A stretch of 64,000 bases of DNA from Candidatus Hodarchaeota archaeon (GTDB taxonomy: Archaea; Asgardarchaeota; Lokiarchaeia; Sigyniarchaeales; SOKP01), in NCBI GenBank assembly GCA_048886685.1, contig JBHLKM010000008.1, positions 1 through 64,000 on the forward strand. The letters are read 5' to 3'. Positions 19,886 through 29,830 of the stretch are shown in pieces. Below the pieces are notes generated by a model. The model searched no databases, had not been told where the DNA came from, and saw nothing but the letters and a program-made list of their open reading frames with translations. Positions within the stretch are counted from its first letter, which is position 1. Each line of letters begins with the position of its first letter. A program made the translations under genes and the position numbers.

Positions 19886-21592
19886 TTATTCCTCTTTAAA
19901 GGCTTGTTCCCTTAATTTTCTTCTAAATACTTTACCAACAGCAGTACGTGGTAAAACATTTAAAAACTCAACTTGTCGTGGATATTTATATCCTGCCATT
20001 CTTTCTTTTGCCCATTCGATTATATCCTTCTCTGTAGTTTTATCTTTGTATTCTGGCTTAAGTACGATACATGCTTTTATTGTTTCCCCAATATTTGGAT
20101 CGGGTGCAGGAACTACACCTACTTCTAAAACAGCAGGATGTTCGTATAATTTCTCTTCAACTTCCCGAGGCATGACTTTATATCCTTTGTACTTTATCAT
20201 GTCTTTTGTGCGTCCTTCAATGTAAAAATAACCTTGTTCGTCCATTCGGGCAAGGTCACCTGTTCTTAACCATCCATTTATAATATTCTTTTCTGTTTCT
20301 TCCGGTTGATTCCAATATCCTTTCATTATCTGAGGTCCTTTAATGAGTAGTTCTCCTATCTCTCCTATTGGAAGTTCTTCTAAAGTTTCAGGATTTACAA
20401 TTTTAGAATCAGTGTTGATTATTGGAACACCAATACTTTCAGATTTTATTTCAGGCATCCAAGTAGTAGCTGTATGTGTTATAGGTGACGCTTCAGTTAG
20501 TCCAAAACCTTGTCCTGGTTTTATACCCGTTACTTCTTCCCATTTCTTGGATATTTCAAGAGGAAGTGCAGCAGAACCGGCACCAGCGGTTTCAATGCTA
20601 GATAAATCTCGTTCTGTGAAGTCAGGAGAATTAACGATCATCTGGAACATGACTGGAACTCCAACAAATCCTTTTACTTTATAATATTCAATAGCTTCTA
20701 ATACCTCAGATGGATTAAAAGATGCGAACATGACTAACATTGCGGCTATATGCATGGCAATAATAACGACTGTAAAACCAAAAGAATGACACAAGGGCAG
20801 AATTGATAAATTTACACCAACACCATAAGCACTAGGTTCATCTTCTGCTGGTTCACCCGCCATATACATTGCTGAGAGGGCATCGGCTACTAAATTATTA
20901 TGAGTTAGCATTACTCCTTTAGGTAAACCTGTTGTTCCGCCAGTATATAATAAAGCAGCAACATCATTTAATGGATCAAATTCGACTTCTGGAGGTTTGG
21001 GTGATTTACCATTAATGAATTCTGTTAATGTAATTGTATCTTCCTTTGCTTCTTCGGTACCGATTAAAATCACATTTTCTAATTCAACTTGTTTTCTAAC
21101 TCGTTTTATTACTCGATATTGATTCTTATGGATGAAAACAGTATTAATGTTTCCGGCGTCTTTAATAATGTGAACAACATCTGCTTCCTTGAGTAGAGAA
21201 TTTATAGGGACAACAGCAGCACCTGTTTCCATGATACCTAGGAGACAAAACAAGAATTCCGGGCAATTACTTGACATCACTCCTACCGCATCACCTTTTT
21301 TAATACCAGCTTCGTGTAAAGCATTTGCTATTTTATCTGCGGTATATATTAATTCTCTATATGTATACTTTTTATCCGATGGTTTATAGTACACACATAC
21401 ATTATTAAGAAACTGCCCAGCTCCTTTTTTGATAAATTCATGTACGGGTATTGGTTCAAATTTTATTGATTTTGGCACATTTTCTGGTCTATATTTAAAC
21501 CAGGGACGATTTGGGTTTTCAATATATGGTGATTCGTTTTCAAAATCTAAAAAAGGTTCCCAATCAGTATAATCTTTCATTTTAATTGCCAC
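19886..21592 (-). CDS. Long-chain fatty-acid--CoA ligase (FadD-like)
   Basis: YTGGTTGLPKG, GFGLTEASP, WLRTGDLA, GRTKDMI, PRTAVGK. Confidence 0.93.
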   Translation of the reverse strand: MAIKMKDYTDWEPFLDFENESPYIENPNRPWFKYRPENVPKSIKFEPIPVHEFIKKGAGQFLNNVCVYYKPSDKKYTYRELIYTADKIANALHEAGIKKGDAVGVMSSNCPEFLFCLLGIMETGAAVVPINSLLKEADVVHIIKDAGNINTVFIHKNQYRVIKRVRKQVELENVILIGTEEAKEDTITLTEFINGKSPKPPEVEFDPLNDVAALLYTGGTTGLPKGVMLTHNNLVADALSAMYMAGEPAEDEPSAYGVGVNLSILPLCHSFGFTVVIIAMHIAAMLVMFASFNPSEVLEAIEYYKVKGFVGVPVMFQMIVNSPDFTERDLSSIETAGAGSAALPLEISKKWEEVTGIKPGQGFGLTEASPITHTATTWMPEIKSESIGVPIINTDSKIVNPETLEELPIGEIGELLIKGPQIMKGYWNQPEETEKNIINGWLRTGDLARMDEQGYFYIEGRTKDMIKYKGYKVMPREVEEKLYEHPAVLEVGVVPAPDPNIGETIKACIVLKPEYKDKTTEKDIIEWAKERMAGYKYPRQVEFLNVLPRTAVGKVFRRKLREQAFKEE

Positions 21593-21872
21593 TTTCTTTT
21601 ATTTTATTTTTCTTTCTATTCGAATTTTTTAATGAGACTTTATTAGGTTAAAAAATAACTCAATTTAGTAATAATGAATTCATTATGTATATAAAAGTGT
21701 TTTTTATAAAGCGACAAATTTGATAAACGTATTTTTATTAATTAGTCTTTATATTATTATTAAAATAAGATTGAAGACATGCCTTTAGGATGCACCTCAA
21801 TTCGGGAACTTAGAGAAAGCTAAAATGAAAAGATGTAATCTAAAGCATCTAATATTAAAAAATAAGCTCTAA

Positions 21873-22892
21873 TTAAGGTTTTATTAAAACCTTTATAGAC
21901 TCATCTGTATTACATTGAGTTTCAAAAGCTTCTTTAGCCCTATCCAATGGAAATTCATGAGAAATAATTTTTGACTGATCTACTTTTTTAGTTTGAAGTA
22001 ATTTTAAGCATTTTTGAACTTCCTCAGGAATAAATCCAAATGATCCCATGATAGTTATTTGCTTTGCAACCAATGCTACAAGATTTAGAGGGATTGTATC
22101 TTCAAATATTCCGTGAATCACGATTCTACCCGTACCTACACTTGCTATATCGATTGCTTGCTGGAGGACTATAGGCCCTTTATGATCTTTCATATGACCT
22201 ACACAATCATATATAACATCAACTTTAGGCATTTTGATATCTGGAGCTTGTGGTAAAGGTATAGATTCAACGAGTTTACTTATTCTTATACGGGGATTAT
22301 TTTTTCTTGCATTGATAACCTCATCAGCACCTAACTGTTTTGCTGTGTTTAAGCGATGATCTGATAAATCAATTACAATCAGTTTATTAATACTAATATC
22401 AAGAGCTTTCAAGCATTGAATTATGCCTAATCCGATTGTTCCAGCTCCAAATATAACGACATTATCTTCTTTAGAAGGATTACCTTTCATCATCGCATGA
22501 TATGAATTGCTTAGAGGTTCAAGTGTCGCTGCTTCTTCATATGAAACTTCTGAAGGTATTTTATACACATTGAATCCTTCAAGAACGGGAACTGGAACAT
22601 ATTCTGCCATACCGCCAGCATTCAATGCTACAACTCTATCACCTTCCTTTATTCCATTTACTTTATTTCCTACTTTTTCTACATAACCACTGAATTCATG
22701 ACCAGGTATTCCCCCCATTGCTAGAGGCCTTACAAGAACCAGAGTAAACAGATTTAATTTATACATGTGCAGGTCTGAGCCGCATATCCCACAAGCCTTT
22801 ACTTTAATAAGAATTTCATTGTCTTGAATTTTAGGTTTTTCCACTTCTTCAGTTCTGATGTCTCTTGGACCATAAAAAACTGCTGCTTTCAT
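21873..22892 (-). CDS. Zn-dependent medium-chain alcohol dehydrogenase (no structural-Zn lobe)
   Basis: CGICGSD, GHE, GAGTIG; the 4-Cys structural zinc loop is absent. Confidence 0.9.
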   Translation of the reverse strand: MKAAVFYGPRDIRTEEVEKPKIQDNEILIKVKACGICGSDLHMYKLNLFTLVLVRPLAMGGIPGHEFSGYVEKVGNKVNGIKEGDRVVALNAGGMAEYVPVPVLEGFNVYKIPSEVSYEEAATLEPLSNSYHAMMKGNPSKEDNVVIFGAGTIGLGIIQCLKALDISINKLIVIDLSDHRLNTAKQLGADEVINARKNNPRIRISKLVESIPLPQAPDIKMPKVDVIYDCVGHMKDHKGPIVLQQAIDIASVGTGRIVIHGIFEDTIPLNLVALVAKQITIMGSFGFIPEEVQKCLKLLQTKKVDQSKIISHEFPLDRAKEAFETQCNTDESIKVLIKP

Positions 22893-23037
22893 TATTTAAA
22901 ACTTCTATTCCAATTTTATTTCAATATAATGTCTGATATTAGTGTGTTAAATTAAAACCTATTTATATTTCTAGGGTTTTTAATTCAAAATTAGATCTAA
23001 AAATAATCTTTTTATTTTTTATTATAAAATAATTAAT

Positions 23038-23901
23038 ATGAAAGAATTTAAAGGTAAGGTTGCCGTTATTACAGGAGCGGGAAGTGGTATTGGTTTTGCT
23101 TTAGCAGAACGGTGTGCTAAAGAAGGTATGAAAGTAATATTGGCAGATATTGATGAAAGATTCTTAAGAAGTGCCCAAAGAAAAATGAAAAGAATTGGAG
23201 CTACATTCATTACAGTTTTAACAGATGTTTCAAAGGTCAACGATATGGAAACATTAGCAAAGAAGACAATTGATACATATGGAGCAGTTCATCTACTAGT
23301 TAATAATGCGGGAATCGGTAATACTAAATACACCTGGAATTATACTCTAAAAGATTGGGAATGGCAATTAGGGGTGAATTTATGGGGTGTTATTCATGGT
23401 GTAAGAATTTTTACTCCTATTATGTTAAAACAAGGCGGTGAATGTCATATTGTAAATGTTGCATCCATGGAAGGATTGGCTTCTGGTTCTGGTCCTGGTG
23501 GTGTTATTTATGGTGTTTCTAAGCATGGTGTAATTTCTTTAACCGAAACCTTACGAACTGATTTAGAAATGAAAGAGTTTAAATTGAAAGTTTCAGTATT
23601 ATGTCCAGGATTCGTTAATACAAGAATTTTCTTAGGTGATATTCATCGCCCAGAAGAATTTCAGAATCCACCAGATCAACTAGTTGAAAGTACAAGAGGA
23701 AAAGATTATTTTGCACATTTTGGATATACACTTGAAGAGCTGGGTAAAGAAACGACACTTATGCCTCCCGAACAAGTTGCAGATATCACATTTCAAGGTA
23801 TTATGGATGAAAAGTTATACATTTTTACCCACAAAGATGCGATCATGAAGAGATTGGTAAAACAACGATTTGATGAGATTCTTAATGAATTGGATAATTA
23901 A
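23038..23901 (+). CDS. Short-chain dehydrogenase/reductase
   Basis: TGAGSGIG, NNAG, YGVSK, CPGFV. Confidence 0.93.
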   Translation: MKEFKGKVAVITGAGSGIGFALAERCAKEGMKVILADIDERFLRSAQRKMKRIGATFITVLTDVSKVNDMETLAKKTIDTYGAVHLLVNNAGIGNTKYTWNYTLKDWEWQLGVNLWGVIHGVRIFTPIMLKQGGECHIVNVASMEGLASGSGPGGVIYGVSKHGVISLTETLRTDLEMKEFKLKVSVLCPGFVNTRIFLGDIHRPEEFQNPPDQLVESTRGKDYFAHFGYTLEELGKETTLMPPEQVADITFQGIMDEKLYIFTHKDAIMKRLVKQRFDEILNELDN

Positions 23902-23919
23902 TATATTAAATGATGAGTT

Positions 23920-24765
23920 ATGAAGAATTTTAAAAATTAAGTAGCAGTTATCACTGGTGCTGCCAGTGGCATTGGCCAAGGGCTAGCAGAGCGATGTACT
24001 AAAGAAGGAATGAAAGTAGTTATATCAGATGTTGATGAGCGACGTTTAAAAAGATTAGAAAGAAAATTAAAAAGAGAAGGGGCTGATACATTATCAATTA
24101 TAGCTGATGTTTCAAATCCTGATGACGTTAATATGTTAGCAAATAAAACTGTGGAAACCTTCGGAGAGGTTAATTTGCTATTTAATAATGCGGGGGTTGC
24201 TATTCCTAACCTTACTTGGGAGTACGGATTAGAAGATTGGGAATTTGTACTTGGAACTAACCTAATGGGAGTAATTCATGGTATTAAGACTTTTATTCCC
24301 ATCATGCTTAAACAAGGTAATGAATGTCACATTGTAAATACTTCATCAATAGAAGGAGTAATCTCCAATGGTGTAGGTGGGGCTACATATGGGACGTGTA
24401 AACATGCCCTCGTGCACCTTACAGAGAGATTGGCTCTTGAATTAGAGGAAAATGGGCCAAATATTAAAGTTTCAGTTCTGTGTCCAGGATTTGTTAAAAC
24501 CAATATATTTCTGTCAGCCCTTAATCGTATATCTGAAGATCGAAGAAAAGAGCTATTAAATCCTGAAGAAAGGGATGAAGAAAGAGCAGAGCAAATAAAA
24601 GAGTTAATGGAAAGCTCTCCTATGCTATTACCTGAAGAAGTTGCGGATATCGTGTTCCAGGCTATTAATAAAGAAAAATTATATATTTTTACTCATAAAG
24701 ATGCATTTTGGAAAGAACGAGTAAAAGAACGTTTCGATGCAATTTTACAATCATTTGATGATTAA
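23920..24765 (+). pseudogene. SDR tandem paralog with a premature TAA at codon 7
   Basis: ATG 23920 MKNFKN-TAA(23938-40)-VAVITGAASGIG... in frame with ORF 24010; the neighbour reads MKEFKGKVAVITG. Confidence 0.85.
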
Positions 24766-24768
24766 ATC

Positions 24769-25809
24769 TCAAGTTTTTATGAAATAGATTTTTTTATCTT
24801 TTTCAATTCTTTTTACTTTATTTTGATGTTCTAAATAAATTAAATGACTTAAAGCTTCCCCTAATCCTAAGTATGTGTTAATCTCATCTAAATCATCTCC
24901 AAAATGAATTTGAGAAATCTTGAAAGGAGTTAATGGGTTATTTTCAATTAACCGAGAAATCTCAGATAACCGATTTCGATGATGTTCTTTCATTTCTAAT
25001 ATTCGCCTATGAGAATCGTAAATGACTTCTTGATGGGCAGGAAAGATAATTTTAGGATGTAGAGCATCAATGCGATCTAAGGATTCTAAATAATATTTCA
25101 AAACATTGTTGAAATCATAACTCTGATAATTTTCTGAGATATCCGCTGGTACCATATAACTCCCTATGTGTGGAGTTATCCTGGATAAAATATGATCTCC
25201 TGCAAATAAGTGAGAAGTATTTTCATTAAAAATGCAAATATGACCTAGTGAATGGCCAGGGGTCCAAATCGTTTTTAACTTGTTGCCACCTATAGAGATT
25301 TCCTCATTATCGCGCAAAATTCTATCAGGTGCCTGATATTGTGTGAAACTTCGCATTGCAGTGAGAAATTTCATAATTCTTTCTCCCTGTTTTTGGCTAA
25401 CACCGTACTTTATCATTTGTTGTGATAATTCCTCAGATCCCTTCTGCCTTTCACTAATATTATCCCTATTTATCATCCAGCTCATACTATCTTGGGTTAG
25501 TTCATGCATTAAGATTTGAATATCAGGATTTTTTCTCTTTAAAGAATTCATTAATCCTAAATGATCTGGATGTTCATGTGTCACTATTAAGTAATCAATG
25601 TCTTCAATAGATATATTTAATTTTTCAAGTTCCGAATAGAAAGATTTCTCCCAATCAGTGAAATTTAATCCCGCATCAATTAAAATATAGGTATCTTCGG
25701 ATTTAAATAAATACATGCACACGAATCTTAAACCGTATGAAGTAGGAAAATCGATTTGAAATCGAAATACTCCATCAATTTCACTTGTTTTAGAATGTAA
25801 CTTATACAA
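24769..25809 (-). CDS. MBL-fold metallo-hydrolase
   Basis: THEHPDHLG, TPGHSLGH, AGDH, PAH; C-terminal winged-helix-like tail. Confidence 0.9.
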   Translation of the reverse strand: MYKLHSKTSEIDGVFRFQIDFPTSYGLRFVCMYLFKSEDTYILIDAGLNFTDWEKSFYSELEKLNISIEDIDYLIVTHEHPDHLGLMNSLKRKNPDIQILMHELTQDSMSWMINRDNISERQKGSEELSQQMIKYGVSQKQGERIMKFLTAMRSFTQYQAPDRILRDNEEISIGGNKLKTIWTPGHSLGHICIFNENTSHLFAGDHILSRITPHIGSYMVPADISENYQSYDFNNVLKYYLESLDRIDALHPKIIFPAHQEVIYDSHRRILEMKEHHRNRLSEISRLIENNPLTPFKISQIHFGDDLDEINTYLGLGEALSHLIYLEHQNKVKRIEKDKKIYFIKT

Positions 25810-26108
25810 AAATAGAACCTACTCTTAGTTCATCTAATATTTGAAATTAAATTTTTATAACCATTTTTAGTTTGGCATTTTATTCTGTTTTTTTCAATTC
25901 TTATAGAATACTGATAAATTGATTTCAGAATAAATAATAGTCAGAGTTCCATTGAAAAAGGGAGAATAGTTAAAATACTAAACAAGTTGATAATATAAAA
26001 GCAAATTGAAAACTTTATAAGTAAAACAAGTTTTTTCAAATGAAATATTTTCGAAAATTATATGAATTAGCATTTCATTATCTAAGATAGCATAATTTAA
26101 AGGTAATT

Positions 26109-26498
26109 ATGATGAGAAGTATTCAAGAAAGTCTAATAACACGTTTAAAAGTCCAAACAAAAATTGGAAATAAAATTAAAGTTTTTAAATGCTCTAAATG
26201 TGGAAATATTAGAAATCCACCAAGAACTTATTGTAATATATGTCAAGGTACTGATTTTGCTGAGGTTGTATTCGGACCTAAGGGTGAGATTACAACCTAC
26301 ACCTCATCATATAAAAGGAAGGAAACCGATAAACAGCTCTTTTTTGGCATGGTCCGGATTTTTTCTGAGAATGGAAAAGATTCTATGGGAGTAAGCGGAT
26401 CATTTGATGTTAAAAGTATCGACGAACTCGAAATCGGGAAAAGGGTAGAGTTAATACCTGATGAGAAGAATAATATATTTAAATTACTGGAGGGTTAA
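26109..26498 (+). CDS. DUF35 Zn-ribbon/OB-fold protein (thiolase partner)
   Basis: CSKCG...PPRTYCNIC, GEITTYT; directly upstream of a thiolase. Confidence 0.85.
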   Translation: MMRSIQESLITRLKVQTKIGNKIKVFKCSKCGNIRNPPRTYCNICQGTDFAEVVFGPKGEITTYTSSYKRKETDKQLFFGMVRIFSENGKDSMGVSGSFDVKSIDELEIGKRVELIPDEKNNIFKLLEG

Positions 26499-26502
26499 TA
26501 AA

Positions 26503-27729
26503 ATGAAAAATGTAGCAGTAGTAGGTGCGGGAATGTCTCCTTTTGGAAGACTCGATGCACTCTTATATCAAGAAATTGGAAGACCTGCGGTAAATGATGC
26601 CATAGAAAATGCCGGAATTGATCGTAAACTGATTGAAAGTTGTTATTATGGCAGTTGTGGGGGTGTAGGTGTTGGTCATGAAATCATGAATGAATGTGGA
26701 ATGATTGGAATTCCGATTACAAGAGTAGTGAATGCATGTAGTGCTGGCTCTAATGCGTTCCGAATAGCTTATATGGACATAGCTTCAGGAATGAGTGACT
26801 GTGTAATGGCAATGGGAATTGAGAAAATGAAAGATGTATCAATGGGTGCTGTTGGTGGAGGAACTCGGTTTCAAATCGAAGCAAAAGCTTTTGCTCACGG
26901 TTCACCTATGGCAGGAGGTGGAGGTGGAGGTGGTGGTATGGCAGCAGGTTTTGCTTTAATGGCTCGAGCACATATGAAGATGTATGGCACAAAAGTAGAG
27001 GACCTTGCCAATATAACAGTAAAAAGCAGAAGAAATGGTTCAAAAAATCCTAAAGCAGAATTTCAGAATATCATGACTTTACAGGAGGTTTTAGATGATG
27101 TTATGATAAATGATCCACTGACTAGATCACAATGTTGCCCTCGAACGGATGGAGCTGCAGCCGTAATACTTATGAGTGAAGATTTTGTCAAAAAACATCA
27201 TATAGAAAGTCCAATTTGGGTTAAAGGAAGTGCTATGGGAAGCAATTTTGGAAGTGCGAATGAAAGAATTTGGTTCAAGGAAACTGGAAGTTATTACCCT
27301 CCAGGATTTCTTACAGATTACTTAATTTCACAGAAAGTTTATAAAATGGCAAAGGTTGGACCAAAAGATTTCTATGACAGAGGTTTCGTTGAATGTCATG
27401 ATTGCTTTTCAATTTCAGAGTATGTTCATTATGAAGATTTCGGTTTCTGTAAAAAAGGTGAAGGTTCTGCCATGATTAATGACGGTGTTGTAGAAATTGA
27501 TGGTGATCTTCCCATAAATCCTAGTGGGGGCTTACTATCTGTTGGACACCCATTAGGAGCTACTGGTGTACGACAGGTAGCTGAAATCTTCTGGCAAATG
27601 ACAAAACATAAGGAAGTCGCTAAACGACAAGTTCCAGATAAACATCTTGATCTTGGACTTCAACATACCTTAGGACAACCAGGTGTAGGTTTTACTAATG
27701 TAATGCATGTCTTTTCAAGAGATCTCTAA
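26503..27729 (+). CDS. Thiolase, SCP2/SCPx-type
   Basis: NACSAG catalytic Cys, ECHDCF, NPSGGLL, GHPLGATG. Confidence 0.9.
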   Translation: MKNVAVVGAGMSPFGRLDALLYQEIGRPAVNDAIENAGIDRKLIESCYYGSCGGVGVGHEIMNECGMIGIPITRVVNACSAGSNAFRIAYMDIASGMSDCVMAMGIEKMKDVSMGAVGGGTRFQIEAKAFAHGSPMAGGGGGGGGMAAGFALMARAHMKMYGTKVEDLANITVKSRRNGSKNPKAEFQNIMTLQEVLDDVMINDPLTRSQCCPRTDGAAAVILMSEDFVKKHHIESPIWVKGSAMGSNFGSANERIWFKETGSYYPPGFLTDYLISQKVYKMAKVGPKDFYDRGFVECHDCFSISEYVHYEDFGFCKKGEGSAMINDGVVEIDGDLPINPSGGLLSVGHPLGATGVRQVAEIFWQMTKHKEVAKRQVPDKHLDLGLQHTLGQPGVGFTNVMHVFSRDL

Positions 27730-27781
27730 ATTTTATATTTATTCTTCTTTTATTTTAGTTATTTTTACTTCTTATTATTCA

Positions 27782-27799
27782 AAATCTATATATAGATTT
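27782..27799. promoter_or_regulatory. Perfect 18-bp palindrome upstream of the crotonase
   Basis: AAATCTATATATAGATTT; ATATAGATTT recurs near 27823. Confidence 0.35.
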
Positions 27800-27864
27800 C
27801 TATCTAAATTTATCTCTAAATAATATAGATTTAAAAAACTTAAATTCTAAAGTGAAAAATTGAA

Positions 27865-28713
27865 ATGTCATATAAAGATTATAAGCTTATAAAGATTCGA
27901 GTTGACCGAGGAGTTCTTTTTGCTACTATCGATAATCCGCCTATCAATTTACTAAATAATGAACTTTATGGTGAATTTGGAAAACTTGCAGTGGAGGTAT
28001 CTAGAGATGATAACGTAAAAGTAATAATATTTGACAGTGCTGATCCTGACTATTTTATTTGTCATTACGACGTAAGACTTCTTCTAGAATATCCCGATGA
28101 AGCACCTCCAAAACCTAAAACTTTACATGGGGGTCACCAATTGCAAGAGGCATATCGTACTATGCAAAAGATCTCAATCGCAAAAATTGAGGGACGAGTA
28201 AGGGGCGGAGGAAGTGAATTTGTATTGTCACTTGATATGAGATTTGGAGCTATTGGAAAGGCTACTTTAAGTCAGTTAGAAATTCCATTAGGAATAATTC
28301 CTGGAGGAGGAGGAACTCAAAGGCTTCCTCGTCTTGTAGGAAGATCAAGGGCTATGGAAATAGTTGTAGGAGGTTCAGATTATTCTGCAGAAATAGCTGA
28401 AAGATACGGTTATATAAATCGTGCCCTTCCCCCTGAAGAATTAACACCATTTGTAGAAGAACTTGCATATAGAATTGCATCATATCCCGCAGAAACGATC
28501 GCCGCAGCAAAAAAGGCGGTATTATTAGCTCTAGAAAAACCTGTTACAGAAGGATTATTAGAAGAACAACACTTATTCAATTTAACATGTACTTCAACTG
28601 CCGCAAAAGAAAGAATGAGTTTGTTTCTTGAAATTGGTGGGCAAACAAGGGAGGGAGAACTTGAAGTTTCAAAATGGGTTAAAAAACTTAATAAAAAACT
28701 TGAGAAAAAATAA
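27865..28713 (+). CDS. Enoyl-CoA hydratase/isomerase (crotonase)
   Basis: IDNPPINL, GGGSE, QLEIPLGIIPGGGGTQRLPRLVG. Confidence 0.92.
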   Translation: MSYKDYKLIKIRVDRGVLFATIDNPPINLLNNELYGEFGKLAVEVSRDDNVKVIIFDSADPDYFICHYDVRLLLEYPDEAPPKPKTLHGGHQLQEAYRTMQKISIAKIEGRVRGGGSEFVLSLDMRFGAIGKATLSQLEIPLGIIPGGGGTQRLPRLVGRSRAMEIVVGGSDYSAEIAERYGYINRALPPEELTPFVEELAYRIASYPAETIAAAKKAVLLALEKPVTEGLLEEQHLFNLTCTSTAAKERMSLFLEIGGQTREGELEVSKWVKKLNKKLEKK

Positions 28714-28920
28714 TTTTTTATTGAAATTCAGTGGATTGAAAAGTTTCATTCCAAAATTTCTTGACAATCACCCAATACTTAGAAAGTTTCAAAAAAATGC
28801 AAAAAATTTCGATTTTTTGTTATCCAAAAGTTATAATTGTATTTCTACTTAAAATAAGTTCATAGAATAAATCAACAATTTAAGGATTTATTTTATGATA
28901 AATGGAGAGGATGAAAAGAG

Positions 28921-29787
28921 ATGAGTTATGACAAACTTAAAATGTTAAAAGTGAGAGTAGACAGGGGTGTTGCATTTGTAACAATAGATAATCCCCCAAT
29001 GAATTTATTAAATCTTCAATTGATGGGGGAATTTGGTATTCTTGCAAATACTGTTAAGAATGATGATAAGGTCCGAGTTATAGTTTTTGATAGTGCTGAT
29101 CCTGATTTTTTTATAGCGCATTTTGATGTTGGAGGATTGGTTACAATGCCTGATGAAGCACCTCCAAAATCCACCGAATTACACCTTGGTCATCAAATAC
29201 ATGAGACATATCGTACTATGTCAAAAGTTTCAATTGCTAAAGTTGAAGGTAAAGTGCGGGGCGGAGGATATGAATTCATTCAAAGTCTTGATATGATATT
29301 TGGGGCTATTGGAAAAGCAGTATTCGGTCAACCAGAAATCGGGGTAGGGATTATACCAGGAGGTGGTGGGACTATTAGAATTCCTCGTTCAGTTGGACGA
29401 AGGCGTGCAATGGAGGTTGTTCTTGGAGGTCATGATTTTCCTGCTGAATTGGCTGAGCTTTATGGGCTAATAAACCGTGCTCTTCCACCAGGTAAGCTAA
29501 GCTTCTATGTTGAAAATTTGGCTTATAGAATTGCCTCATTCCCTGCTGAGTCAATAGCTATAGCAAAAAAATCAGTATTGGCGGGAGTTGAATTACCGAT
29601 TGTAGATGCGCTCTTGGAGGAACAGTACCTCTTCGGAAAATCTGTAGCTTTACCCACCTCAAAGGAACGAATGAACTTAGTTTTAAAGACTGGCACACAA
29701 TCTCGTGAAGTAGAACGCAACACCAACACATTGCTTGAGGAACAAGAAAGAGATCCTTTTTCTGTATTTGAGGAAAAAGAGGAGTGA
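28921..29787 (+). CDS. Enoyl-CoA hydratase/isomerase, tandem paralog
   Basis: IDNPPMNL, GGGYE, QPEIGVGIIPGGGG; colinear with the upstream gene. Confidence 0.92.
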   Translation: MSYDKLKMLKVRVDRGVAFVTIDNPPMNLLNLQLMGEFGILANTVKNDDKVRVIVFDSADPDFFIAHFDVGGLVTMPDEAPPKSTELHLGHQIHETYRTMSKVSIAKVEGKVRGGGYEFIQSLDMIFGAIGKAVFGQPEIGVGIIPGGGGTIRIPRSVGRRRAMEVVLGGHDFPAELAELYGLINRALPPGKLSFYVENLAYRIASFPAESIAIAKKSVLAGVELPIVDALLEEQYLFGKSVALPTSKERMNLVLKTGTQSREVERNTNTLLEEQERDPFSVFEEKEE

Positions 29788-29830
29788 ATAATTATAGGAC
29801 TTAAAAATAGACGAGGTTTGAAAAATTAAA

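Noticed and set aside
7065-25946. 15-bp inverted match CTCTGACTATTATTT (7065-7079) / AAATAATAGTCAGAG (25932-25946) as element ends or a shared operator
   Set aside because: No transposase, target duplication or extended similarity; a 15-mer match is plausible by chance in AT-rich DNA.
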